Of a stretch of 64,000 nucleotides of DNA, positions 52,581 through 62,568 are shown piece by piece. How positions within the stretch are numbered: position 1 is the first letter of the stretch; each line of letters opens with the position of its first letter. The notes beneath the pieces were generated by a model that did no database searches, was not told where the DNA came from, and saw only the letters and a list, made by a program, of their open reading frames with translations. The DNA is taken from positions 19,840,001-19,904,000 of the forward strand of contig JBHGNT010000001.1 in assembly GCA_043228905.1 (NCBI GenBank). Reading direction: 5' to 3'. The stretch is from Azolla caroliniana (lineage: Eukaryota > Plantae > Polypodiophyta). A program made the translations under genes and the position numbers.

Positions 52581-53029
52581 TAGTTGAAATTATATTTCTA
52601 TCATTGTACTTTTACATGTAAATTCTCATACATGAGAGCTAAAATGAGTGACATGGTTAGCATGCACCACATGTAATACTTAAGCGCCAAATGGAAAACA
52701 TGCAATTTATGCATGTCTTGTACCCTCACATGCATGAGAGCATCTATAAAAGAGGGAAGGGGGAGGAGAAAAAGGACGGTTTTTTTTTTGATGAAAATTA
52801 AGAAGAAGAAATTCGTTATCAAATCAATCGTGTAATCTCATCTTCTCTCTTTCCCAATCTATCTTAAGTACTTTCTCGCCAAAGCTTGTATCGACTCTAA
52901 ATCGTTCTGGTCCCGAACCCCGGCGGTTCCGCCTCACGATCCGCGCGTAGTGACGGATCTTCACGACATAATCAAGTGGTGAACCCGACGTGAACGAGGC
53001 GGTAGGAAGGATCAAGTCGAGATTGATAC

Positions 53030-55234
53030 TTGGAGATGGCGTCCTCAAGCAACCAAGCGGGAGAGCTCGAAAGGATGATGCTAATCGTCGAGCAAATGAT
53101 GAGATCTCGGGACAACGACGCGAGCGTGGAGAAGGCTGTCGATCGTGTCGTAGAGCTCGAGGGCCAATTCGATGGAAGGAACGTTACGAAGTTCCTGGAT
53201 GCATATAAGAGGGAGATGAATCAAAGGGACGTGTCCGAGGCACGTCAAATCGCAAGCTTCAAGAGAGTTGTCTCCAACAACATCCAAAGACGCGTCATCG
53301 AGCTTCAAGAAGGTAAGACAACATGGTCTGAGTTCGAGAAAACGATACTAGCGGAGTTCGTGACTGAAGACTCAACGAGGATGACTCGACATGCCCTGAT
53401 GAAGTGGATAGAGAAGAAGAATAAGAAGATGAGCGTCTCGAGGGTGTACGACGAATTCGACCAGATGTTTAGTCGTCTCCCCAATACGGACCAAGTGTTG
53501 CTTGAAGAGGACAAGACTTTGTACTTCTTGAAGGCCGTGGACATAAAGGATAGACGGGAGTTGGGGACTCTTCTTGAAGATGATACCCAAGCAAATGGGC
53601 TCGTAGCGGACTGGATCGCGGTGAAGCGGGCATGCAATAGGCTCGACAAGCGTCGCCAATGGGTTGATGACACCGACATGACGGGACCGACTACCACGGA
53701 GAAAGCAAGACCGCCGAAAGTAGCTGAGCCGCTGAGACAAAGTAACGTGGAAGAAAAGAAGATTGATGACGACATCATCGAAGAGCTAGCGAAGAAGTTC
53801 GAGAAGGTCACGCTAGCCAACATGAATCGTCGGGGCCCTAAAGGAAAAGAACCCTTTAGATGCGTGTGGTGCGATAGCATGGACCACATGAGAAGGGATT
53901 GTGCGAGCCTTCGAGAGGCGATTCGACAAAATATCGTATACATAGAGGACAACATGATCTGCTCAAGCGAGACTAGAAGACCCCTACGGGTGAATTTCGG
54001 AAGAGGAGGAATGAAGAAATCTATGGAGGATGCCGATGCGACTCATGTGGATGCGATGCACTATGCTGCGTCGGCCGGAATAAGAGTCGGGAAAGACAAG
54101 ACTGAAGCTGCTAGAGCGGGAGCAAAGTTTTGGACTTCCGTTCTCGAATATGAGAAGAAGGGAAAAGTCACATCGAACGAGGTAGAGCTTGCGGACCGAA
54201 ACGTGCAAAGCATAACCGGGTGGTCGGATCCGGTGGACAACAACACCATACTCGCAGAGGTGATGTGCGACAACCACGAGGTGTTCGTCGAAGAAAAGAG
54301 AAAGAGAATAGAAGAGCAAGGCCCATCTAAAAGACATGAAACAAGGAACGCGAAAAAGAAGGACGGTGCGGAGACGAGTCGACCTTTACAAACGGAGGAA
54401 CGAGAATCAAGCCGAAAAGGGGAGCTGAGCATACGAGTTGAAGAAACGGTGCGGCCTGTGAAGGTTGGTGTCGAAGATCCCGCTCGGAGGACAAGGACTA
54501 TACCTTTCTATAAGCTAAGGTCGGACATAGAGCAGACGACGGACCTAAAGAAGATTCTCGAAGAACGAGTTCTTGATAGCCACATAACTTTGTCCTTGAG
54601 GGAATTGCTTGGCATTACGAAGAAGGAGTTCCATGACACGATCGTGGACCTTGTAAAGAGAAAGAGACAACAATCGGACGAAGAAGAAGAGAAGCCGCAA
54701 AAAGCAAAAACGAATGCCATAACGATGGCAAGAGACGAAATCGATGAAGATATGGTGGACAGCCACTACACTCGACCTCATTGGGCACGAGCGACAACGG
54801 AGACGCCGGTGAAGATCGGGGAGAAGAAAGAGACCGTGGTAGCCTTGATTGACCACGGCTCGGAGATCAACCTCATGTCAACCGACTTCTACAAAAAGGG
54901 AAGATGGCCAATCAATACAAACCACGGATGGAAGATTCGCGCGGCAACAAAGTCTACGGAGGACTTGTACGGAGCTTGTCCCAATGTCAAAGTCACGATC
55001 GGGGATGTGGAGATGGATCAACACTTCTTCGTACAAGAATCGGCGTTGCATCCTATCATCCTAGGGCAACCTTATATCACATCATCTCGGATGGAGACCA
55101 AAGTGTTCGATAATGGAGCAGCCTTCGCACGAATAAAGAGTCTTGACAACCAAAGATCGGTCCAATTCCTAACAGTGCGAGCCAATCATGAAAGGAATCG
55201 AGATAGTCTCGGAGGCGAATCCTCGGATTTTTAG
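53030..55234 (+). CDS. gag: Gag-protease polyprotein, 734 aa
   Basis: Open ORF; CCHC knuckle CVWCDSMDHMRRDC; protease-like ALIDHGSEINLM...IILGQPY. Confidence 0.93.
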   Translation: MEMASSSNQAGELERMMLIVEQMMRSRDNDASVEKAVDRVVELEGQFDGRNVTKFLDAYKREMNQRDVSEARQIASFKRVVSNNIQRRVIELQEGKTTWSEFEKTILAEFVTEDSTRMTRHALMKWIEKKNKKMSVSRVYDEFDQMFSRLPNTDQVLLEEDKTLYFLKAVDIKDRRELGTLLEDDTQANGLVADWIAVKRACNRLDKRRQWVDDTDMTGPTTTEKARPPKVAEPLRQSNVEEKKIDDDIIEELAKKFEKVTLANMNRRGPKGKEPFRCVWCDSMDHMRRDCASLREAIRQNIVYIEDNMICSSETRRPLRVNFGRGGMKKSMEDADATHVDAMHYAASAGIRVGKDKTEAARAGAKFWTSVLEYEKKGKVTSNEVELADRNVQSITGWSDPVDNNTILAEVMCDNHEVFVEEKRKRIEEQGPSKRHETRNAKKKDGAETSRPLQTEERESSRKGELSIRVEETVRPVKVGVEDPARRTRTIPFYKLRSDIEQTTDLKKILEERVLDSHITLSLRELLGITKKEFHDTIVDLVKRKRQQSDEEEEKPQKAKTNAITMARDEIDEDMVDSHYTRPHWARATTETPVKIGEKKETVVALIDHGSEINLMSTDFYKKGRWPINTNHGWKIRAATKSTEDLYGACPNVKVTIGDVEMDQHFFVQESALHPIILGQPYITSSRMETKVFDNGAAFARIKSLDNQRSVQFLTVRANHERNRDSLGGESSDF

Positions 55235-55287
55235 AGCGGACTATTGAAGCATGGGGCACAAATAGTCCGAGTAATCACAAGACCCCA
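55225..55287 (+). promoter_or_regulatory. Predicted -1 ribosomal frameshift signal (G GAU UUU plus H-type pseudoknot)
   Basis: Heptamer 55225-55231; stem 1 CGGACTATT 55237-55245 with AATAGTCCG 55261-55269; stem 2 TGGGG 55252-55256 with CCCCA 55283-55287. Confidence 0.8.
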
Positions 55288-58200
55288 CAAGAAAGAAGAA
55301 TGCGTGGATTGCAAGGAGAAGCCACATGTGTCACACCTAGTGGCGCATGTAAACTAGTACTACCCGACAAGAAGCACAAGCGCCGGATACAAGAATTCGA
55401 GAAGATGCTGAAAGAAGAGAACATAATAGAAGAAGGAGAGTTCGTGACTCATATTATGGAAGAAGCCTCATTTAACGACACCATCGGCGAAATCGAGGAC
55501 GTCGTGGACTTGAGCTATCTTCACAACCAACGCGTGATTTCGGTTAACTCCGTCAACATGTACGCTATCATCGATGAATACCGTCGTGGCATCTCGATGA
55601 AGGAAGCTGACATCAACACGAAATATAAAACGGTGGATAAGAAGATCAAGCCAGTTGCGGTTCCGTTACCGGAAGATAGCTGGCAAAAGATGAAGGAAGT
55701 CGCTAACGATCCAAGCTTAAGAGATCCGAAGAAGATAGGTCATGACTTCACCAAAGAGACGAAGGGGAAGCTACGAGTTGGAAAGGAGGATTTCCTTCTC
55801 CCTGAAGAGGAGCGAATGTTTCGCGATATGCTTGAGAGACATGGGAAGGCTTTCGCATTCTTCCCACGAGAAATCGGATGCGCCGACCCAAAGGTTATAG
55901 AGCCAATGGTGATCTTCACGGTGCCTCATGTGCCTTGGAATTTGAAACCAATACCGGTTCCGAGAGCACACCTTCCGAAGCTGATCGAGCTCTTAAAGGA
56001 GAAGGTGAGTATGGGAATTCGAGAACCGTCGAATGCTCCTTATTCCAATAGGTGGTTCACGGTGCCGAAGAAGAATGGATCATTGCGATTCATCCAAGAT
56101 CTTCAACCCGTCAACAAGGTGACAATTCGAAATGCCGGAATCGGTCCGAGCGTGGACGAATTTGCCGAAGCGTTTGCGGGCCGGTCCATCTACTCCATTG
56201 GCGATCTCTACTCTGGATATGACCAATTCCAATTGGCGATCGACAGTCGGGACATTACAACCATGAGGACTCCGATCGGGCTTGTGCGGATGTGTACCTT
56301 ACCCCAAGGCGCAACGAACTCGGTAGCTCATATGGTGAATGCCATGAATAAAGTCTTGAAGGATTGCATTCCGGACATCACGATGCCATTCTTGGATGAT
56401 ATTCCGATAAAAGGATGTTCGGATGAGGAGAAAGATGAATCGAAAGATAAGGAAGGTTGTAGAAAGTTCGTTGCGGATCATATGAAAGATTGCGAGAAGG
56501 TGCTTCAAAGGCTCGAAGATGCGAATTTGACATTTTCGGGAGAAAAATCCGCATTCGGGCAACCGGAGATCTTGGTGGTAGGTCACTTGTGTGGAGCATA
56601 TGGCCGGAAACCCTCGCCATCCAAAGTGAACGCAATACAAGACATGAAAGAAGAATGTGAAAACCAAACGGAGGTTCGAAGGTTCCTTGGAGCGTGCGCG
56701 TTTTATCATATATGGATTCCTCACTACGCTCATGTCGCCGAACCATTATATGGACTACTAAAGAAAAGAATAAAGTTCGAATGGCGAGACGAGCACACAA
56801 AGGCGATGCGAAGATTAAAGAAATTGCTTCTTGAAGCTCCGGCACTAAGGAAGGCCGACTATGCCGAAGGGAAGCCAATTTACGTGACCGTAGATACGAG
56901 CCCAACCGGAATCGGGTGGGTCATCAATCAAGAAGGTGAAGATAATGCGCGATATGGCGTCCGGTTCGGAGCAAAGGTTTTCAGCGAACGGCAACAAAGA
57001 TATGCCCAAGTCAAGCGAGAACTTTGGGGTATTGTGTCGGCAGTGAAGACGGACAAAGATTACCTGATCGGGTCAGAAGTGATAATAGAGACAGATTGTC
57101 TCCGAATTCTCGGAATGGTCTCGGGATGTGCGACCCCAGATCTTGCTATGCTAAGGTGGATCGCCTACATCAAGTCTTTAAACCCAGAGATCCGTCACAT
57201 TGCAGGGAAGAAGAACGCCATGGCTGACATGCTGTCAAGGGCAAGATTTTCAAATGAAAGTAACATGGTTTCGAAAGATGAAGATGTCGCCCTCGACTTC
57301 TTCAAGATGGCTCGATTGTCGGCGGAAGACCAGGACATGCAAACCCTCCACGCCTTCAACGAGAACGAGTACGAAGGAGAGTGGTTACTCATCGGTAGAT
57401 TCCTAAGAACATTGACGACAGATGCTTCGTTGACAAAGGAGGAGGCCCTACGAATCCGAAAGAAAGCTTATCGATACTTCTTGAAGGGAGGATTCCTTTG
57501 GCGACATCCAAAAATAAGGACAGGAATACCACGTCGAGTGGTGGTAAAGAAAGAAGAGCAAGAGACGCTGATGACCGAATTCCACGAGAGTGCTTGGGCA
57601 GGTCATAGAGGAACATGGGCGACGTTCGAAAAATTGAAGGAGAAGTACGGGTGGCCAAGCATGTACAAAGATGTACTCCATTTCGTGTCCACATGTGAAA
57701 CTTGCCAAATATATTCAAATATACGTCATCGTGATGAGTTAAAACCGACATACCCACTCACCATTCACTTCAAATGGATGGTGGATCTGGTCTTGATGCC
57801 AATGGGAGTGGGACAAATGAAGTACTTAGCGCTCGCAAGGGAAGACTTGACAAATCAAGTGGAAGGACGAGCCTTGACAAATAAGACGACTTCAGCCATT
57901 TGTAAATTTTTACTTGAAGATGTTGTTTGCCGATATGGATGTGTAGGGAAGATAGTGGCCGACCGAGGGGAGTTGGACGCGCACGAAGCGACGGAGCTCT
58001 TCGAAAGACTAGGTGTGAAGCTCTCCCTCACGACTGCCTACAATCCGGAAGCAAATGGGAAGATCGAGCGAGGGCATGGACCTATCGTTAAAGCCATCGT
58101 ACGGGCATGCAACCGTCGAGTCGGGAATTGGCCACGACTATTACCATATGCCTTGTGGGCCGATAGAACGACACATAGCTCGGTGATAGGGTATATGCCG

Positions 58201-58719
58201 ACGGAGCTTATGTATGGACAAAAGCCGATTATGCCCATCGAAAGGACGATCGCCTCATGGGTAGCGATACCGTGGGAGAACGAGATGAGCCGAGAAGAGT
58301 TATTAGCGGCGCGGATAAGGCAACTTGAAAGAAGACCTGAAGATTTAGAAAAAGCGCGAAAGATGATGAAGGCAGCCCGAGTAAAGAACAAAGTTCGGTT
58401 CGACAACACGCATCGACTTCGTCCCAAGAAGATTGAAGAAGGGGATTGGATTTTGGTTTACGACAGCACCCTTGACAATCAACATAGTACAACAAGGAAG
58501 TTCGCAAGAAGATGGTTCGGGCCGTATGTGGTGACAAGTGCCAACGATAATGCCACATACCACCTTGCGGAACTAGACGGATCAAGGTTGGCCGTACCCA
58601 TTGCGGGAAAAAGAGTAAAGCTTTTCAAGAAAAGACAAGACAAGGATCCTGACCTCGATTACCTCGACGATGAACATAATAGGCCGGATGAAAATGAAGA
58701 CATGGAGGAATCTAATTGA
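55225..58719 (+). CDS. pol: Pol (RT, RNase H, integrase), in the -1 frame, open from the slippery site; first ATG at 55300
   Basis: 1139 aa from ATG; LPQG, FLDD, VDTS/KREL/ETDC/ADMLSR, HHCC zinc finger, D-D-E core, FGPY. Confidence 0.95.
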   Translation, partial: GFLERTIEAWGTNSPSNHKTPQERRMRGLQGEATCVTPSGACKLVLPDKKHKRRIQEFEKMLKEENIIEEGEFVTHIMEEASFNDTIGEIEDVVDLSYLHNQRVISVNSVNMYAIIDEYRRGISMKEADINTKYKTVDKKIKPVAVPLPEDSWQKMKEVANDPSLRDPKKIGHDFTKETKGKLRVGKEDFLLPEEERMFRDMLERHGKAFAFFPREIGCADPKVIEPMVIFTVPHVPWNLKPIPVPRAHLPKLIELLKEKVSMGIREPSNAPYSNRWFTVPKKNGSLRFIQDLQPVNKVTIRNAGIGPSVDEFAEAFAGRSIYSIGDLYSGYDQFQLAIDSRDITTMRTPIGLVRMCTLPQGATNSVAHMVNAMNKVLKDCIPDITMPFLDDIPIKGCSDEEKDESKDKEGCRKFVADHMKDCEKVLQRLEDANLTFSGEKSAFGQPEILVVGHLCGAYGRKPSPSKVNAIQDMKEECENQTEVRRFLGACAFYHIWIPHYAHVAEPLYGLLKKRIKFEWRDEHTKAMRRLKKLLLEAPALRKADYAEGKPIYVTVDTSPTGIGWVINQEGEDNARYGVRFGAKVFSERQQRYAQVKRELWGIVSAVKTDKDYLIGSEVIIETDCLRILGMVSGCATPDLAMLRWIAYIKSLNPEIRHIAGKKNAMADMLSRARFSNESNMVSKDEDVALDFFKMARLSAEDQDMQTLHAFNENEYEGEWLLIGRFLRTLTTDASLTKEEALRIRKKAYRYFLKGGFLWRHPKIRTGIPRRVVVKKEEQETLMTEFHESAWAGHRGTWATFEKLKEKYGWPSMYKDVLHFVSTCETCQIYSNIRHRDELKPTYPLTIHFKWMVDLVLMPMGVGQMKYLALAREDLTNQVEGRALTNKTTSAICKFLLEDVVCRYGCVGKIVADRGELDAHEATELFERLGVKLSLTTAYNPEANGKIERGHGPIVKAIVRACNRRVGNWPRLLPYALWADRTTHSSVIGYMPTELMYGQKPIMPIERTIASWVAIPWENEMSREELLAARIRQLERRPEDLEKARKMMKAARVKNKVRFDNTHRLRPKKIEEGDWILVYDSTLDNQHSTTRKFARRWFGPYVVTSANDNATYHLAELDGSRLAVPIAGKRVKLFKKRQDKDPDLDYLDDEHNRPDENEDMEESN

Positions 58720-59591
58720 TCATTGTAGCCGAAATCTCACTGCTTCTCTTCTTGGCACGTACCGGAGGACGTGCGGTTTGGTGGGGGTGGATGTCGTGAA
58801 GATTTTCGGCAATAGTGTGAAAATCCTATAAAACGTACGAAATCGAGTATGAATCACATAGTGCAATAATTGTGAAGAGTATGAATCACATAGTGCAATA
58901 ATTGTGAAGATAACATTTTAAATAGATTTAATATCTAAGTACAAAATGATGGAGGTTTCGAATGCACTTTATTACACGAGAAACGGACAACTAAATGTCA
59001 AGATATGAGGGTATAAAGTTTGTAAAAGGAAAGGAGAAAATTGTGAGATATCCCACATAGGCACGACAAATACAGCTCTCATCATATATAAGGTGGAGCA
59101 AAAGATATTATCTTTGTGTCTATGTGTGGAGCATAAAGAGTTCAAGGTAACTTGAACTAAGAGTGGAGGTGGGCTAGCTACTCGTAAAGGGTTTTGGCCA
59201 ACCAAAACCGGACCGGCGATGGAGCCGATGATCCGACGACATCCGGCACCGGTAACCGACGGCAACCGGCGGCGGCACCGGCATCCGGCGTCATAAATAA
59301 ATATATAAATATATATACATATTTACATATACAAGGAGGGCAAGTAAGGATTCGAACCTTGCACCTCCAAGTTAGTAGTCAAATGGCTTACCATTAAGCC
59401 ATGGTATTTAGTTGAAATTATATTTCTATCATTGTACTTTTACATGTAAATTCTCATACATGAGAGCTAAAATGAGTGACATGGTTGGCATGCACCACAT
59501 GTAATACTTAAGCGCCAAATGGCAAACATGCAATTTATGCATGTCTTGTACCCTCACATGCATGAGAGCATCTATAAAATAGGGAAGGGGG

Positions 59592-61042
59592 ACCTTTCGT
59601 AGGTCCGTAGTGCTTTCTATTTCCGTCCCCAGTCGGTATCCGCCCTTCCTGGGGTTATCTTGCGAGCTGGGCCCGCCGGCATCGTTCCGTCATTGCCCGA
59701 ATCGGGTCTCGTACCGTTGTGAAGGCCCGGCCGCTCCGGCTTTCCCCACTCGTTTGTCTTCTACCAGAGCCTCGTAGTTCTGGCAGGCGGCTTCTACAAA
59801 GCCCGTCTTCTCCTCGACCGGATCGCTCCACCCGGTTATTTCCCGAACCCGTCTCTCAGCGCAGTCTGTTTCATCCTTCTTCAACCGTGCGCCGGCAAGA
59901 CCTTCCAGCATCGCCGACCAGAATCCGTCTTTGCCCTGCTTTCGGGCCTCGCTGCCCCCGACCCGAATGCCGGCTGACGCCGAGTAGTGGATGGCCTCCA
60001 CGTGTCGGGCCGCTGCCTCTTCCATCAGTCTCTTCATACCTCCTCGTCCGTCGTTTCGGTTTTGGGCCCTTCTGGTGTCGCCGGCGTCCACCCGGCCTTC
60101 CCACAGGTACACCACCCGGTTCCTCAACGCTTCTGCGAAATCGCCGCAGTCCTTCCGGATGTGGCCGACCTCGTCGCACCACATGCACCTGTTCCCTACT
60201 GCCGGCCGTCGGTCACGAGCCGGTTCGCCGCCTTCCCTTCGAGTCTGGGCGATCTGGAGATCCTTTATCGCCCGCGTCAACTCCTCCAGCGCTGCTCCTC
60301 CGGACGAGCCACTGACCATGCCGGTCGAAGCCGGGCCGGTTTCGAGCCATTCCCGAGTTTCTTCCCTCCGCCCTTGCGGTGCCGGTTCAAGCCTCCTTGC
60401 TGTGACAGACCCCGCACCGGCCGCCCCGTTATCAACCCATTCTCGCCGTTTGTCGAAACGGCCACAGACTCTCTTAACCGCTGCGCAGTCGGTCGTCAGC
60501 CCGTCTTCGGTTTCCAGCAAGTAGCCGACTTGATCCCGGTCCCGCTCGTCCACCGTCTTGACGAACAGCAGGACCCGGCTCGTATCTAGAATGGTTCGGT
60601 CAAGCGCCGAAAGGCACGCAAAGCGTTCTTCGAACTCCCGGAGGAGTGCCGACGCGTTTCTTCCCTTGCCGGGGGACTCCACCCATTCCATGAAGTCTCA
60701 TTTCGAAAGCCGGTGCGCGTCGTCCAGCCCGTATTTTTCCAGGAGTCGGCCTTCGAACTCCTCCCAGGTACGGCTCTCCGCCCGCACCTCGAGCACCTCC
60801 GCATGGATGCTCGGCATCGCCACTCGAGGAAACCCGGCAAGACGCCTCTCTTCCGGAATGTCCCACATCAGCATTTCTGCCCGGTAGGACGCCAAATACT
60901 TCGTGGCATCCTTTCCGCCGAACCGGCTGATCGTACCGACGACCGCCTCAATGGCTCTGTCGAGGGCGCCGGAGCCCTCGCGTGCGCTCAATATCCGATC
61001 CACGGCCGAAGCCATGGCCTCTGCAAGATCCGACCCTTTCAT
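59592..61042 (-). pseudogene. gag: G4 gag N-terminal part, frameshifted
   Basis: RFGGKDATKYL, CMWCDEVGHIRKDC, HYSASAGIRVG, ITGWSDPV; homologous to G5 gag. Confidence 0.9.
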
Positions 61043-61079
61043 CTTCTGCTCTTCTGCCGCCTCTTTCACGTCGGGTTCA

Positions 61080-62568
61080 TGTTGTAAACGGTTGCAAACG
61101 GAGCACAAGGAACGAACAGATGAGCTCCGGCAAGCAGTTGATCGGACCGCAACCGCATTCGCCAAGGAACAAGCGGAAACCAGAAGACGGTTGGAAGAGG
61201 CGGAGAAGGTTCGGACAGAGCTCCTCAGGCAACAGCAGGCGGAAAAAGAAAGAGCGGCGGAGGTACTGCAGAGGCTGCAAACGACATATCAAGGGCAGCT
61301 GACGCGCTACAGAGAGCAGGCGGAGGATATGGCTAATCTCATCAAGCAGTTGAAGGAGGAGCGACAAGTTGTGGAAAGCAGAGCACAAATGGGAGCAAGT
61401 CGCATCCAGGACATCATGCGGGCCTGGTTGAACCAGACCAAGAGCTTGATTGACAACGGTTCCGTCAAATGGTGGACCAAGTGGGCCACGAACGCGGCGG
61501 AACTCCAATTGCTCCGGGCCGACGTAGAGAACCGGCGGAAGGAGGGAGATGATTGCTATATGCTGACTTCCGAAGACTTCACCGGCATAAGAGATGAGCT
61601 GGCCGAGGACTTTCAAGCCTTGGCAGACGACCAGCTAGGGCAAGTCCGGCAACTTGTAGCTCAGCTGGACGACGACAGGCTGGAGGCGCAGATCCAGTTT
61701 GAAAGCTACGAGAGGTCCCGGATCCGGGAAGAGAAAGCACGAGAACCGGTTACGGTCAACCTCAGTGATGAGGAACCGTTATTGGAAGGAGACCGGACCG
61801 GAAGCAGTCAAACGGAGATGCCGGAGTCAGAGAGACAAACGGAGCAGCCGGAGTCAGAGAAACAAACGGAGCAGCAGCAACAAGCAGAGCAGCCGGAGCA
61901 GCCTCAGTCCCAACCGCAACCACAGCAGCAGCAACAAGCACAGCCGCAGCAACCACAACCGGAAGAACAAGTGGAAATTCTGGAACAAAGTAATTTGGAC
62001 AATTTGGGTGAACAATGAAGGGGCCAAGAAGGGTTCGACGTACAAGGTACTGTCCCACGGGCGTGCCATGTGTTACCGGCCGGCAAGGAGTCCAAAAATA
62101 CGGAGTGAAGGAATTAATTAAGTATGGTTGTAATAAGCATAGTGTGGACGGACGGACTGGAAACGGTATGCCGTCTTCACAGACATGTCTATTTCACCGA
62201 GTCTTTCTCCGAGACAGTGCCCAGATCGTTACGCCTTTCGTGCGGGTCGGATTTCCAGATCCGGACGGATCCCGAATAGGTGCGAGAGGCACCGTTTTGT
62301 ACTAAGGGCCGGAAACTTATTTAAAGGCCCGGACCCCATTGTAATCACGGCGGATAATTAATAGAGCTTATGATGTTTATACTTCTGTCTTGATTTCCGT
62401 TCTGTAATTACTGTTATATCTTACGCGTGTAATTAACTAAAGCACTCTAATCGTGTAACCTATGAAAGTCGTTGTAATCGTTGAATCTTAATCCTATGCC
62501 GTAATCACCCTTTGGTGAAGTGTCTCCGTGACACCTTGTGTTAGGCCTTGTCCGGTCAGTGAATAACA
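61080..62568 (+). mobile_element. Internally deleted Arg-family (G2-like) element G6 inserted in the PBS of G4
   Basis: TGTT...TAACA termini; perfect TSD GTTCA at 61075-61079 and 62569-62573; LTR 62071-62568; shares extra ORF domain and pre-LTR motif with G2. Confidence 0.85.
61083..62018 (+). CDS. 5'-truncated extra ORF of the Arg family: coiled-coil-like protein with Q/E/P-rich tail, function unknown
   Basis: Stop-free ~310 codons; WWTKWATNAAELQLLRADVENRRKEG...FQAL aligns by eye with WKEWLAQATKFQVFRAHAENQKKEG...FQAL at 37624-37824. Confidence 0.7.
   Translation, partial: CKRLQTEHKERTDELRQAVDRTATAFAKEQAETRRRLEEAEKVRTELLRQQQAEKERAAEVLQRLQTTYQGQLTRYREQAEDMANLIKQLKEERQVVESRAQMGASRIQDIMRAWLNQTKSLIDNGSVKWWTKWATNAAELQLLRADVENRRKEGDDCYMLTSEDFTGIRDELAEDFQALADDQLGQVRQLVAQLDDDRLEAQIQFESYERSRIREEKAREPVTVNLSDEEPLLEGDRTGSSQTEMPESERQTEQPESEKQTEQQQQAEQPEQPQSQPQPQQQQQAQPQQPQPEEQVEILEQSNLDNLGEQ

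Larger units (their letters stand above)
51971..59592 (+). mobile_element. Trp-family gypsy element G5 with open ORFs; 3' LTR truncated
   Basis: 5' LTR 51971-52968; 8-nt spacer; PBS TGGTGAACCCGACGTGA 52977-52993; PPT 58775-58791; 3' LTR 58792-59592 cut by a deletion that also removed part of G4 gag-PR. Confidence 0.96.

Noticed and set aside
60903-61082. N-terminal 60 aa of the 371-aa ORF in the track
   Set aside because: This part is the antisense of G4 gag and PBS; it is only fortuitously in frame across the G6 insertion boundary at 61080
62051-62568. Reading this LTR plus minus-strand PBS as the ordinary 5' end of a minus-strand element
   Set aside because: The homologous arrangement in G2 has gag-pol, TATA and a second PBS on +, so this is more likely the 3' LTR; not fully excluded for G6 alone
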